This document shows positions 26,760 to 36,449 of a stretch of DNA of 64,000 nt, piece after piece. The stretch is taken from NCBI GenBank assembly GCA_944377365.1, contig CALWEQ010000010.1, forward strand, positions 4,304 to 68,303, in the 5' to 3' direction. A model generated the notes under the pieces. The model was given only the letters and a program-made list of their open reading frames with translations. It was not told the origin of the DNA and did no database searches. This stretch comes from an uncultured Clostridia bacterium (GTDB lineage: Bacteria > Bacillota > Clostridia > Christensenellales > UBA1242). Position 1 is the stretch's first letter; the number at the start of each line of letters is the position of its first letter. The position numbers and the translations under genes are program-made.

Positions 26760-26790
26760 CTATTATGTTATGTTTTAATAACATAATAGC
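26759..26790 (+). repeat. 32-nt perfect palindrome GCTATTATGTTAT-GTTTTA-ATAACATAATAGC, a member of a recurrent palindromic element family
   Basis: 13-bp perfect stem with a 6-nt loop between the pheS stop and the pheT RBS. The same 30-nt core occurs at 60962-60991. Confidence 0.8.
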
Positions 26791-26807
26791 ACTAAAAGGA
26801 GATATAA

Positions 26808-29192
26808 ATGAAAGTAACTTATAATTGGCTAAAAGATTTTGTAGACGTAGATATGTCTGCCGAAGAGCTTGCAAAAAAGCTCACTAATGCTGGTATGGAA
26901 GTCGAAGAAATCATCTATCTTAACAAGCATCTTCATCATGTTGTGGTTGGTAAGATTTTGAAAATCGAAAAACACCCAAATGCAGACAAGTTGCAAGTGT
27001 GCAAGGTCGATGTCGGCAAAGAGGTAGTACAAATAATAACTTCGGCAACCAACATTTTCGAAGGCGCAATAGTGCCCGTGTCATTAGAGGGGGCTGATTT
27101 AATTAATGGTGTAAAAATATCAAAGTCTAAGCTTCGTGGAGTTGAGTCTGACGGTATGTTTTGTTCGGGCGAGGAGCTTGGAATAGATGAGAATTTTATG
27201 CCAGGAGCTTCTGTAAATGGCATACTTATCTTGCCTGATAATTTTGTTGTTGGGCAAAGCATAGACGAGGCGCTTGGTCTAAATGATGTTGTTTTTGACG
27301 TTGGCATAACTCCAAATCGACCAGATTGTATGAGTGTTATTGGCCTAGCGCGAGAGGTTTGTGCAGTAACAGGAGCAAAATTTAAAAAACCAGATTTGTC
27401 TTATAAAGAATCAATAATTCAAAATGACATGACTGTTGAACTAAAATCAGAAAAATGTTCGCGTTATATGGCAGCTGTGCTAAAAAATGTTAAGATAGAA
27501 AAATCTCCTTTGAAAATCAGGCAAAGGCTTTTTGCTGTGGGAATCAAACCTATCAACACACTTGTCGATTTGACTAATTATGTTTTAATTGAGATGGGTC
27601 AGCCTATGCACGCTTTTGACCAAAAGTATATTGAGGGTAAAAAGATTGTGGTTCGTGATGGCATCGCTGGTGAAAAGCTTTCGGTGTTAAACCATAACAC
27701 TTACACGCTAAATGAGTCAGATTTAGTGATTGCCGACATAAACAAACCAATGGTTATTGCCGGGGTTATTGGTGGAACAAATTCTTGCATATCAAACGAA
27801 ACGCGTGATGCGGTGATAGAATCTGCTGTTTTTGATTTAAAAGCAATTCGTTTAACCAGCAAAAAAATAGGTGTGAGGACGGATTCGTCTGCTAGGTATT
27901 CAAAAGGTGTTTATTTTCACAGTGCAGAGGATGGATTAAAAAGATTTTTAAATTTGATTTCTAGTTTAGAATTAGGAGATATTTGCAAAGGTATTATTGA
28001 TGAAAACCGAGCTGTACCAAAAACACGGGATGTTTATGCGAAGGTTGACGATATTAATGCTATTTTAGGAACGGCCATTTCTGCTGATGACATGGTCAGA
28101 ATTTTGAATTCTTTGCAAATCCCGACTAAACTTGAAGGTGACACTATAGTAGCAAACATTCCTAATTTCCGTGAAGATTTAGAAAATGAATATGATTTGG
28201 CAGAAGAGGTCATTAGAATTTATGGGTATGACGTCTATGATCGTGGTGAAGCCAGAGAGGCATATCTAGGTTGGAAATTAACACAGGGCGACTATGGCAA
28301 AAAGGTTGTTTTAGAACGAAAAATTAAGGAAGGATTAAAGTACTCAGGATTTTTTGAGGCTATGAATTATTCCTTTATCCCACCTGATTCAGTTTCAAAG
28401 CTGATGCTTACTGACAACAGGCGTTTTATGATTAAAATTGCAAATCCTATTGGCGAAGAACTTTCTTGTATGAGGACCTCTCTTGCTCATTCAATGCTCA
28501 GCTCTTTGGCTTACAACTTTAGCGTTGGAAACAAAGAGGTGAGATTGTTTGAATCCGGAAAAACTTTTCATCCAAAAGCATTGCCTTTAACAGAACTTCC
28601 TATTGAAATTAACAAGATCAGTATGGGCGCTTATGACATAAGCTTTGCAGAGTTTAAAGCGTGCGTTGAAAATGCTGTATCAGAAACTAGTCTTTCTTAC
28701 AAACTTGTCAGCTCTAAAGAGCCATTTTTACATCCTGGTGTTTCAGCTGATATAGTTGATGAAAATGGTGAAATTTATGCTTCCTTTGGACAGATTCATC
28801 CAACTGTTGCGAAAAACTACAATATTCCAAAAACAAGTATGTTTGCCGAAATAGACTTAGACAAATTGTTGAGTTTGCCAGAGAAAAAGTTTGTAGTCAA
28901 ACAAGTTCCAAAATTTCCTATTGTAGACAGGGATTTGGCGATTGTTGTGAAAGAGGAAATTTCAAACTCAGATTTGGAAAGCGCCATTAAATCTGCTTGT
29001 GGAAAAATATTTTACGAGGTTAAACTATTTGATGTTTACAGAAACAAGGCACTTGGTGATGGACTAAAATCAATGGCTTATAATATAAGATTGTCAAATG
29101 AAAACAAAACTTTGACAGATGAAGAAGTGACAGACACTATAGCTAAAGTGTTAAAAGCATTAAAATTTAGATATGGAGCAAGTTTAAGATGA
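26808..29192 (+). CDS. pheT: Phenylalanine--tRNA ligase beta subunit
   Basis: 794 aa. N-terminal tRNA-binding domain (MKVTYNWLKDFVD...KIEKHPNADKL), then B3/4, B5 and anticodon-binding domains. Confidence 0.95.
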   Translation: MKVTYNWLKDFVDVDMSAEELAKKLTNAGMEVEEIIYLNKHLHHVVVGKILKIEKHPNADKLQVCKVDVGKEVVQIITSATNIFEGAIVPVSLEGADLINGVKISKSKLRGVESDGMFCSGEELGIDENFMPGASVNGILILPDNFVVGQSIDEALGLNDVVFDVGITPNRPDCMSVIGLAREVCAVTGAKFKKPDLSYKESIIQNDMTVELKSEKCSRYMAAVLKNVKIEKSPLKIRQRLFAVGIKPINTLVDLTNYVLIEMGQPMHAFDQKYIEGKKIVVRDGIAGEKLSVLNHNTYTLNESDLVIADINKPMVIAGVIGGTNSCISNETRDAVIESAVFDLKAIRLTSKKIGVRTDSSARYSKGVYFHSAEDGLKRFLNLISSLELGDICKGIIDENRAVPKTRDVYAKVDDINAILGTAISADDMVRILNSLQIPTKLEGDTIVANIPNFREDLENEYDLAEEVIRIYGYDVYDRGEAREAYLGWKLTQGDYGKKVVLERKIKEGLKYSGFFEAMNYSFIPPDSVSKLMLTDNRRFMIKIANPIGEELSCMRTSLAHSMLSSLAYNFSVGNKEVRLFESGKTFHPKALPLTELPIEINKISMGAYDISFAEFKACVENAVSETSLSYKLVSSKEPFLHPGVSADIVDENGEIYASFGQIHPTVAKNYNIPKTSMFAEIDLDKLLSLPEKKFVVKQVPKFPIVDRDLAIVVKEEISNSDLESAIKSACGKIFYEVKLFDVYRNKALGDGLKSMAYNIRLSNENKTLTDEEVTDTIAKVLKALKFRYGASLR

Positions 29193-30307
29193 TTTATCTT
29201 GATAATGCCGCAACAACAAAGATGAGTGAGAAGGCAGGAAAAGAACAGCTTTATTGGTCATGTTCAAAATATTTTAATCCTTCGGCGTCTTATGAACAGG
29301 CTTTTGAAGTAGCACAGGCACTCGCGGGTGCTAGAGAAAGGTTAAAAAAACTGCTAGGCGTAAAAAGGGGAGATGTTATATTCACAAGCGGAGCGACTGA
29401 ATCTAACAATCTCGCAATTCGTGGCAGTGTAAGGGATGGGGATTGGAATTACATTTTTTCTGCGGGAGAGCACGCGAGCGTTCTAAACGTGGCAAAGGCA
29501 CTTGAAAAAGAAGGAAAAAATGTCAAATATATTCCTTTGACAAAAAGAGGAGATGTTGATTTAGATGCATTAATAAATCTCATTGATTCAAAAACAAAAT
29601 TTGTCAGTTGTATGTTTGTCAATAGTGTTAACGGCGCAATAAATGATATAGCCAAATTAGTAAAGATTGTAAGAGAAAGAGCTCCGAGAGCTGTCATACA
29701 TGTTGATGGAGTTCAGGCTTTTTGTAAGATCCCTTTTAAGCTAGAAGAATTGGACGTTGATTTGTTTTCCATAAGTGCTCATAAATTTCATGGGCCTAAA
29801 GGTGTCGGCGCTTTGTATGTAAAAAATAAGGCAACTTTAAAAAACATGATTTTTGGAGGCGGGCAAGAATTTGACAAAAGATCGGGGACTGAAAACATTC
29901 CTGGAATTATGGCTATGCTAGTTGCAGCAGAAGAAATTGACGTTCGAGCAAATTTTGAAAAAGTCAAAAAATTAAACGATATCCTTGTTAAGCAACTAAA
30001 TCATCAAGGCATCGAATTTGTTGGAACGTGTGAAAAAAGTCCTTACGTATTGACTTTTATTTGTGATGGAGTTAATGGTGAAACTCTTGTTAGGATGCTT
30101 GAAAAGGATGTGGTTGTTGGGCGTGGAAGCGCTTGTTCGTCAAAAAAAGCTGGCAATCATGTGCTTGAAAGCATGGGATATTCACTTAATAAGATTAAAG
30201 GTGTTTTGCGTGTGAGCTTAAATGCACAGCTTGACGAAAACCAAATGGAAGAAGCTGGTAAAATTATAAAGAAAAAATATTTAGAACTACTGGAGAAGAT
30301 GAAATGA
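29189..30307 (+). CDS. Cysteine desulfurase (class V aminotransferase, NifS/IscS-like; likely sulfur donor for ThiI)
   Basis: MIYLDNAATT...FTSGATESNN...SAHKFHGPKGVGALY (PLP-binding Lys). Translationally coupled to thiI. Confidence 0.85.
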   Translation: MIYLDNAATTKMSEKAGKEQLYWSCSKYFNPSASYEQAFEVAQALAGARERLKKLLGVKRGDVIFTSGATESNNLAIRGSVRDGDWNYIFSAGEHASVLNVAKALEKEGKNVKYIPLTKRGDVDLDALINLIDSKTKFVSCMFVNSVNGAINDIAKLVKIVRERAPRAVIHVDGVQAFCKIPFKLEELDVDLFSISAHKFHGPKGVGALYVKNKATLKNMIFGGGQEFDKRSGTENIPGIMAMLVAAEEIDVRANFEKVKKLNDILVKQLNHQGIEFVGTCEKSPYVLTFICDGVNGETLVRMLEKDVVVGRGSACSSKKAGNHVLESMGYSLNKIKGVLRVSLNAQLDENQMEEAGKIIKKKYLELLEKMK

Positions 30308-31461
30308 AAGCTGTTCTTTTGAGGTTTGGCGAACTATTTTTAAAGGGCGAAAATCGTCATCTTTTTGAAATGGCGCTTTTTAACAATATTAAAAAGAAAT
30401 TACAAGGCGAAAAATTTAAGCTGTCTAAAACACAAGGACGCCTAATGGTTACCGAATTCGATGATGAAAAAACAATAGTTGAAAAATTGACAACTGTTTT
30501 TGGTTTACATAGTTTGAGTGTTGCCGATGAATTGGATGCAAATGAAGACAGTATTTATGAATATTGCAAAAACATAAAACTACGAGCAAAAACATTTAAG
30601 GTCGAAGTAAATAGAGGTGACAAGCGTTTTCCAATTAAATCTATGGACTTGGCATCCAAGCTTGGAGAGATTATCTTGGAAAACAACATTGATGTTAGTG
30701 TTGACCTTTTCAATCCAAAACAAAAAATTATGGTTGATATTCGTGCTAATGGCAAGGCGTACATTTATGACAAAGTAATAAATTGTCAGGGAGGTCTTCC
30801 TCTTGGCACTTCGGGGAAAGCATTATTGTTGCTATCTGGTGGAATAGACAGCCCAGTTGCTGGTTATATGATGGCAAAAAGGGGATTAAAATTGGAGGCA
30901 TTGCATTTTCATAGTTATCCTTATACAAGCCCAGAAGCCAAACAAAAAGTTGTGTCGTTGGCTGAAAAATTATCTAACTACAACGACGAGATAAAATTAC
31001 ACTGCATTTCTTTTACAAATGTTCAAGAAGCCATTCATAAATATTGCTCACCAGAGTTTATGATAACTATAATGCGACGAATCATGATGAGAATAGCAGA
31101 AAGGATATGTAAAAGAGAGGGGCTCGGCGCTATCATAACAGGAGAGAGTTTGGGTCAAGTTGCCAGTCAAACCATGCAAAGTATGACGGTTACTGAAAAC
31201 GTAGTAGAAAATACTCCAATATTTAGACCGTGTATTGGAATGGATAAAGAAGACATAATTACAGTTGCTAAAAAAATAGACACCTTTGAAACTTCTATTT
31301 TGCCTTACGAAGATTGTTGCACTGTCTTCTTGCCAAAAAATCCTGTCATTAAACCAAAATTGCATCAAGCAGAAAATGAAGAGAAAAAACTTGATTTGGA
31401 AAGTTTAGTTGAAAAAGCGCTCGCAAGTGAAGAGGTGATTTTTGTAAAGCCAAACGAGTAA
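30304..31461 (+). CDS. thiI: tRNA 4-thiouridine synthase ThiI
   Basis: THUMP domain plus PP-loop LLSGGIDSPVAGY; 385 aa. Confidence 0.9.
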   Translation: MKAVLLRFGELFLKGENRHLFEMALFNNIKKKLQGEKFKLSKTQGRLMVTEFDDEKTIVEKLTTVFGLHSLSVADELDANEDSIYEYCKNIKLRAKTFKVEVNRGDKRFPIKSMDLASKLGEIILENNIDVSVDLFNPKQKIMVDIRANGKAYIYDKVINCQGGLPLGTSGKALLLLSGGIDSPVAGYMMAKRGLKLEALHFHSYPYTSPEAKQKVVSLAEKLSNYNDEIKLHCISFTNVQEAIHKYCSPEFMITIMRRIMMRIAERICKREGLGAIITGESLGQVASQTMQSMTVTENVVENTPIFRPCIGMDKEDIITVAKKIDTFETSILPYEDCCTVFLPKNPVIKPKLHQAENEEKKLDLESLVEKALASEEVIFVKPNE

Positions 31462-31497
31462 GGGCGCGCAAGAAAATTTTTGTTGACAAAAATTTTG

Positions 31498-31528
31498 AAA
31501 ACCTGTCATTTAATGGCAGGTTTTTTTT
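31498..31528 (+). terminator. Rho-independent terminator after thiI
   Basis: Stem AAACCTG/CAGGTTT followed by 8 T. Confidence 0.7.
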
Positions 31529-31690
31529 GCGCAAAGATTTTGCGCAAGATTGCGCGCGCGGTGGATGTGCGGTGGTTGTGAGGGGAGATTTTTTATTATA
31601 TCTTGTGAGATTTTACTAAATGTATATTCACTAATAATTATAAATTTAAAATTTATAAATTTACATAATACAAAATTGTTATAAAAATTG

Positions 31691-31708
31691 CCTGAATAAA
31701 TATGCAAA
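31691..31708 (+). promoter_or_regulatory. ARG box (ArgR/AhrC operator) upstream of argR
   Basis: CCTGAATAAATATGCAAA matches about 15 of 18 positions of the Bacillus AhrC box CATGAATAAAAATKCAAK as I recall it. It sits 6 nt upstream of the -35 box. Confidence 0.55.
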
Positions 31709-31714
31709 AAACAC

Positions 31715-31743
31715 TTGCATATTTATAAATTGTGATGTATAAT
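31715..31743 (+). promoter_or_regulatory. Sigma-A-type promoter of argR-recN
   Basis: TTGCAT (31715-31720), 17 nt, TATAAT (31738-31743). Confidence 0.65.
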
Positions 31744-31836
31744 AATGAAAAATAGGCTTATAATTATAAATTTATAAATATACATAAAGCCTATTCCCCT
31801 TTAAAATAAAGGCAAATAGCGATTTGGAGGAAGGAT

Positions 31837-32289
31837 ATGGCACGAAGTGCAAGACAATCAAAAATCCTAGAACTTATCTCAGTTAAAGAGATAGAAACGC
31901 AAGATGAACTTGCTAGGGAACTTAAAAATGCAAATTTTGATATAACGCAAGCTACTATATCACGTGATATAAAAGAGCTTGGTTTAACGAAAATTTTGAC
32001 AAACTCCGGTCGCTACAAATATGCAATAGTTGGATCGGATGAACAGCAAATTTCAAACAAGTTTGTTTCAATTTTCCGTGAGGCGGTAATTTCTGTCAAA
32101 TCAGTTTTAAATATTGTTGTTATAAAGACTTTAAAAGGTCTTGGCTCTAGTGTTTGCAGTTTTGTTGACAAGTTAAACTTGAATGAGTTGGTTGGAGCTG
32201 TGAATGGTGATGACACAGTTATGTTGATTTTTCCTTCCGCTAGTTTTGCTTCTGATTCAGTCACTACACTTTCAGACATGTTGGGTTAA
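31837..32289 (+). CDS. argR: Arginine repressor ArgR/AhrC
   Basis: RQSKILELISVKEIETQDELARELKNANFDITQATISRDIKELGL wHTH, with a C-terminal GAVNGDDTVM oligomerisation/arginine-binding motif. Confidence 0.92.
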   Translation: MARSARQSKILELISVKEIETQDELARELKNANFDITQATISRDIKELGLTKILTNSGRYKYAIVGSDEQQISNKFVSIFREAVISVKSVLNIVVIKTLKGLGSSVCSFVDKLNLNELVGAVNGDDTVMLIFPSASFASDSVTTLSDMLG

Positions 32290-32298
32290 AGGTGAAAT

Positions 32299-33963
32299 AT
32301 GTTAAAAAGCTTAACATTACATAATTTAGCTCTATTTAAAAAACAAGAAATTGAGTTTAATGAAAAAATGAATGTTATTTTAGGGGAAACTGGCGCTGGC
32401 AAAAGTTTGATCTTTGATGCCATAAATTTTGTTTTGTCATTTAAAACCGACAAGTCTTTGCTAAGAACTGGCGAAGAGCTAATGAGGGTTGATGCAGTTT
32501 TCGAACCTATTGGAGAGAACGTAAAAAATCTTTTAAGAGAAATGGATATCGATGAAGAGGAGGAGCTGGTTGTTTCTCGTTCGCTTCATAGCGATGGAAG
32601 GACATCATTAAGAGTCAATGGGACGCCTTGTTCTCAGACGTTTGTAAAACAGCTTGCAAGCGAACTTGTTGACACCTTTTTGCAACATGAAAGTCTTCAA
32701 ATATTAAAAGCTAAAAACCATATCGGTATGTTGGACAAATTTTGTGATGTGGCATCTTTAAAAACTCAATTAAAAAGTTTGATTGAAAAGAAGAATGAAT
32801 TGTTGAAAAAACTTAACGACTTAGGGGGAGACGAGTCGTCACGAGCAATAAAAAAAGATTTTTTGGAGTTTCAAATAAAAGAACTTGAAAATGCTAATTT
32901 AAAGATTGGTGAAGATGACGAACTTGATGAGCGAATAAAACTCTTGCAAAATTCAGAGGATATAGCTGAAGGCTTAGGCGAGGTTTTGAATTCACTTGAA
33001 GGGGACTCGCATTCAGTCTTAGCAAAATTGGACTCAGCAAGTCGCACAGTCGCAAAACTTGGTGATATTAAATTTTTGCCTGATATTACAAATAGGCTGG
33101 AAGCAACTTCTATTGAACTTGACGACATTTGCTCTGAACTAAAAAACATATTGGCAGAAATTGACAGCGATCCATTAGAGCTTGATAGATTAGATCAAAG
33201 ACGTGACAAACTTCGCGCTTTAAAAAGAAAATATGGTGGAACGATAGAATCGTGTCAGGAAAGCTTGAAGAAATTTAAAAATGAACTTGATGAAATCATA
33301 GACAGCAAAGAAATTTCTGAGAAAATAAATAAAGAAATAGACGAGATTGAAAAACAGCAATTAGAGATATGTGAAAAATTGCATAATTTAAGAGTCGAAG
33401 CATCTAGTGTTGTTAAAGCAAAACTTTTGGAAGAACTTAAGGATTTAGGCATGAAATCTACGCAATTTGAAGTCTTGTTCAAACGCAAGGATATTGGCAC
33501 TGATGGATATGATGACGTGAGTTTTGTGTTTTCGGCAAACAAAGGACAGGAACTAAAGGATTTGGCTAAAACGGCATCTGGTGGCGAAAGTAGCAGACTT
33601 ATGCTTGCAATTAAAAATATATTTGCTAATTCTGGAGAGCATAAAACATTATTGTTTGATGAGATTGATTCGGGTATAAGCGGAGAGGTCGGCAACATGA
33701 TGGCACAAAAGCTTGCTAGTATTGCAAAAAGAGATCAGGTTATTACAATAACGCATTTACCTCAGGTCGCTTGCGTTGGAAATAATTTTATAAAAGTTGT
33801 TAAGTCCACAAAAGACAACACCACAATAAGCGAAGCGGAAAGGTTGCAGGGACAAGACATAATAGATGAAATAGCGCATATTATTGGTGGAAAAGATGTG
33901 ACAGAAGTTATGTTACAAAACGCTACAGAGCTTTTTAAACGTGGCCAACAATTTGCTCATTAA
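32299..33963 (+). CDS. recN: DNA repair protein RecN
   Basis: Walker A GETGAGKS, a long coiled coil, the SGGESSRLMLA signature and LLFDEIDSGISG Walker B. Confidence 0.93.
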   Translation: MLKSLTLHNLALFKKQEIEFNEKMNVILGETGAGKSLIFDAINFVLSFKTDKSLLRTGEELMRVDAVFEPIGENVKNLLREMDIDEEEELVVSRSLHSDGRTSLRVNGTPCSQTFVKQLASELVDTFLQHESLQILKAKNHIGMLDKFCDVASLKTQLKSLIEKKNELLKKLNDLGGDESSRAIKKDFLEFQIKELENANLKIGEDDELDERIKLLQNSEDIAEGLGEVLNSLEGDSHSVLAKLDSASRTVAKLGDIKFLPDITNRLEATSIELDDICSELKNILAEIDSDPLELDRLDQRRDKLRALKRKYGGTIESCQESLKKFKNELDEIIDSKEISEKINKEIDEIEKQQLEICEKLHNLRVEASSVVKAKLLEELKDLGMKSTQFEVLFKRKDIGTDGYDDVSFVFSANKGQELKDLAKTASGGESSRLMLAIKNIFANSGEHKTLLFDEIDSGISGEVGNMMAQKLASIAKRDQVITITHLPQVACVGNNFIKVVKSTKDNTTISEAERLQGQDIIDEIAHIIGGKDVTEVMLQNATELFKRGQQFAH

Positions 33964-33987
33964 AGAATAAAAAACCATAAACGAAAG

Positions 33988-34015
33988 AAACTATCTATAT
34001 TGGATAGTTTTTTTT
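33988..34015 (+). terminator. Rho-independent terminator after recN
   Basis: Stem AAACTATC/GATAGTTT around loop TATATTG, overlapping and followed by a T-run. Confidence 0.65.
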
Positions 34016-34024
34016 GGAGGACTG

Positions 34025-35239
34025 ATGAAAAGACGAGCGTTATGGGTTTCCATGCTTTGTGTGACTATAATAATATTACTTTTTGTTAATGTCAGATTTT
34101 CTGAAATTTATTCGCTACCTGATGGTTTTTTGGCAACTCGTGAAGAGGTTGAAGCTTCCAATCAAAATGGACTGTTTGGAAATTTTATATCTGCTTCGAT
34201 GGAGCAAACTTCTCAATCTGTTTCAACTGATAAAACAACCGAAGGTTACATAACATTTAAGTTGTTTGGATTTATTCCTATTAGAAAAGTGGTTGTTGTT
34301 TGTGCAGAGGAAGAAGAAGTGTTTGTGGGGGGAGTCCCAATAGGAATAAGCATAAGTGCTAAAGGCGCAATAGTCATAAATGAAAAAATGGTAGATTCTG
34401 TTGACGGATTGGTTGAAACAGAAAAAAGTGAAAAATTTAAAGAGGGAGACATAATCGTAAAAATAAATAATATTGATGTAAAATCATTAGACGAACTTAG
34501 CGAATATGTTGAGGAAAGTGATGACGAATTGTTTGAAATTTCTTTTTTAAGAAAAAATAAATTGCGTACCGCCAAAATTCGTGGTGTAAAGGATAAAACC
34601 ACAGGTAAATACAAATTAGGATTGTGGGTAAAAGATGATGTTTCTGGCATCGGAACATTAACATATGTTAACAAGCAAACGCAAAAGTTTGGTGCGCTTG
34701 GTCATGCAATAACCGAATGCGAAAACTGTATTCCTGTTGGTGAAGGAAGTGTACATTTATGTAAATTAATTGGAATAGAAAAAGGAGAAATTAACGATCC
34801 TGGTCAGCTAAGGTGTATGTTTTCTAAAGGTGACAAAACAAAAGGTGAGCTAGAAAAAAACACACGTTATGGTGTGTTTGGGAAATTGACCGATTGTGAA
34901 AATTTAATAGATGAAAATCTCTCGTCAAAGATAGGGGGAAGATTGTCTGTTAGTCCTGGTAAAGCGAGCATAATTTCCAGTATAAGTGGAATAAGAGAAG
35001 AATATGAAATTGAAATAATCAAAGCCTCTTATCAATCAAAAGCAGATGACAAAAGCATAGTTTTTAGAGTTAAAGACAAAAGATTGATTGAACTGACGGG
35101 AGGCATAGTGCAAGGCATGAGTGGATCACCAATATTGCAAAACGGTAAATTAGTTGGCGCGGTAACCCATGTTTTTACAGCTGATCCAACAAAGGGATAT
35201 GGAATATATAGTGATTGGATGGTTTTAAACGAAAACTAA
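34025..35239 (+). CDS. spoIVB: SpoIVB peptidase (S55 serine peptidase with PDZ domain)
   Basis: N-terminal TM segment, PDZ (GDIIVKINNIDV), catalytic region GIGTLTYV...ALGHAI...GIVQGMSGSPI. Conserved argR-recN-spoIVB order. Confidence 0.9.
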   Translation: MKRRALWVSMLCVTIIILLFVNVRFSEIYSLPDGFLATREEVEASNQNGLFGNFISASMEQTSQSVSTDKTTEGYITFKLFGFIPIRKVVVVCAEEEEVFVGGVPIGISISAKGAIVINEKMVDSVDGLVETEKSEKFKEGDIIVKINNIDVKSLDELSEYVEESDDELFEISFLRKNKLRTAKIRGVKDKTTGKYKLGLWVKDDVSGIGTLTYVNKQTQKFGALGHAITECENCIPVGEGSVHLCKLIGIEKGEINDPGQLRCMFSKGDKTKGELEKNTRYGVFGKLTDCENLIDENLSSKIGGRLSVSPGKASIISSISGIREEYEIEIIKASYQSKADDKSIVFRVKDKRLIELTGGIVQGMSGSPILQNGKLVGAVTHVFTADPTKGYGIYSDWMVLNEN

Positions 35240-36276
35240 TTTTTTGATGTGTTGATTTTAACTTTGTTTGCCACCGATTTTCGCATATCTTCGCTTATTG
35301 CAGCATAGTGCTTTTTGGTTGTGTTGACATCTTTATGGCCAAGCACGTCTGCGACAATGTAAATGTCGTTTGTTTCTCTATATAAATTTGTTCCAAAAGT
35401 ACTTCTTAATTTATGCGGAGAAATCTTTTTTAGGGGAGTCGCTTCTTTTGCGAATTTTTTTACTAAATCCTCGACTGCTCTAACTGAAATTCTCTTTTTT
35501 TGCAATGAAATAAACATTGCGTTTTCATCAGGATCTAAACCCAAAGTTGCTCTCTTTTTTAGCCATTTTTTTAAGGCTTCTGCAACTTCATTCGAAAAAT
35601 ATAAAACGGTTTGATTGCCACCTTTTCTGGTGACCTTAAATGCATTTTGTGAAAAATCGAAATCCTCCAAATTTAATCCAACGCATTCAGAAATACGTAT
35701 GCCAGTGCCTAAAAATAATGTTACTATTGCATTGTCTCGTTCGAAAGTGTTTTGATTGTAGGCCTTTTGGCGCTTTGAAAATGTGTTGTTCGATGAAAGT
35801 GCATCCATCATCCTAGAGATCTCATCTTGCTCCAATCTTATTATTCCTTTGCTGTGAAGTTTTGGCATTGGAACTTTACTTGCGACGTTTGATGAAATTA
35901 GGTCGTGGTCAAATAGGTATTTGAAAAAGCTTCTAATTGAGGCAAGTTTTCTAGCTTTTCCGCGTTCACCATTTTTGTTAACTTTTCCTTCAGCTTCGTA
36001 AAAGGAAAGATAAGACAAGTATTGCTCAATTTGTGTTGATTTTAGTTTGTCTAAGTCTTGTAAAGTTATTTCAGACTTATTTTTGTGTAAAATTTCCTGT
36101 AAAAAGTCAAAAAATATATTTAAATCCATTGCATAATTTCTTCTTGTCAATGATGAAGAATTGTTTTCAATACCAATAAAAAAATCGTAAACAAAGTCTG
36201 GCAAATTGGCCGTTATTGAACCTATCTTTTTTTGATTTGAAATATCACGTTTTTCAAAATAGCTAAGTTTTTTCAT
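35236..36276 (-). CDS. Tyrosine-type site-specific recombinase (XerC/XerD-like integrase family)
   Basis: C-terminal catalytic residues: GTGIRISEC (Arg), HKLRSTFGT (HxxR), LGHKDVNTTKKHY (His/Tyr). N-terminal SAM-like core-binding domain. Confidence 0.8.
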   Translation of the reverse strand: MKKLSYFEKRDISNQKKIGSITANLPDFVYDFFIGIENNSSSLTRRNYAMDLNIFFDFLQEILHKNKSEITLQDLDKLKSTQIEQYLSYLSFYEAEGKVNKNGERGKARKLASIRSFFKYLFDHDLISSNVASKVPMPKLHSKGIIRLEQDEISRMMDALSSNNTFSKRQKAYNQNTFERDNAIVTLFLGTGIRISECVGLNLEDFDFSQNAFKVTRKGGNQTVLYFSNEVAEALKKWLKKRATLGLDPDENAMFISLQKKRISVRAVEDLVKKFAKEATPLKKISPHKLRSTFGTNLYRETNDIYIVADVLGHKDVNTTKKHYAAISEDMRKSVANKVKINTSKN

Positions 36277-36449
36277 AAGCAAATTATACTATATTTAAAA
36301 AAATAATGCAAAAGATTTTGTATACAATATGTTGTGTGTTTTATCTCATAACAGTCACTATAAATACAAAACAATATGAAAAACTTATTATTTTATTTGA
36401 CTTTACATAATCGAATATTATAAACTTAACTAACAAAGGAGCATTGATA

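Noticed and set aside
31349-31707. ORFs 31349-31534 (-) and 31510-31707 (-) in the thiI-argR spacer
   Set aside because: They overlap the thiI 3' end, its terminator and the argR promoter and operator region. They have no RBS and implausible sequences.
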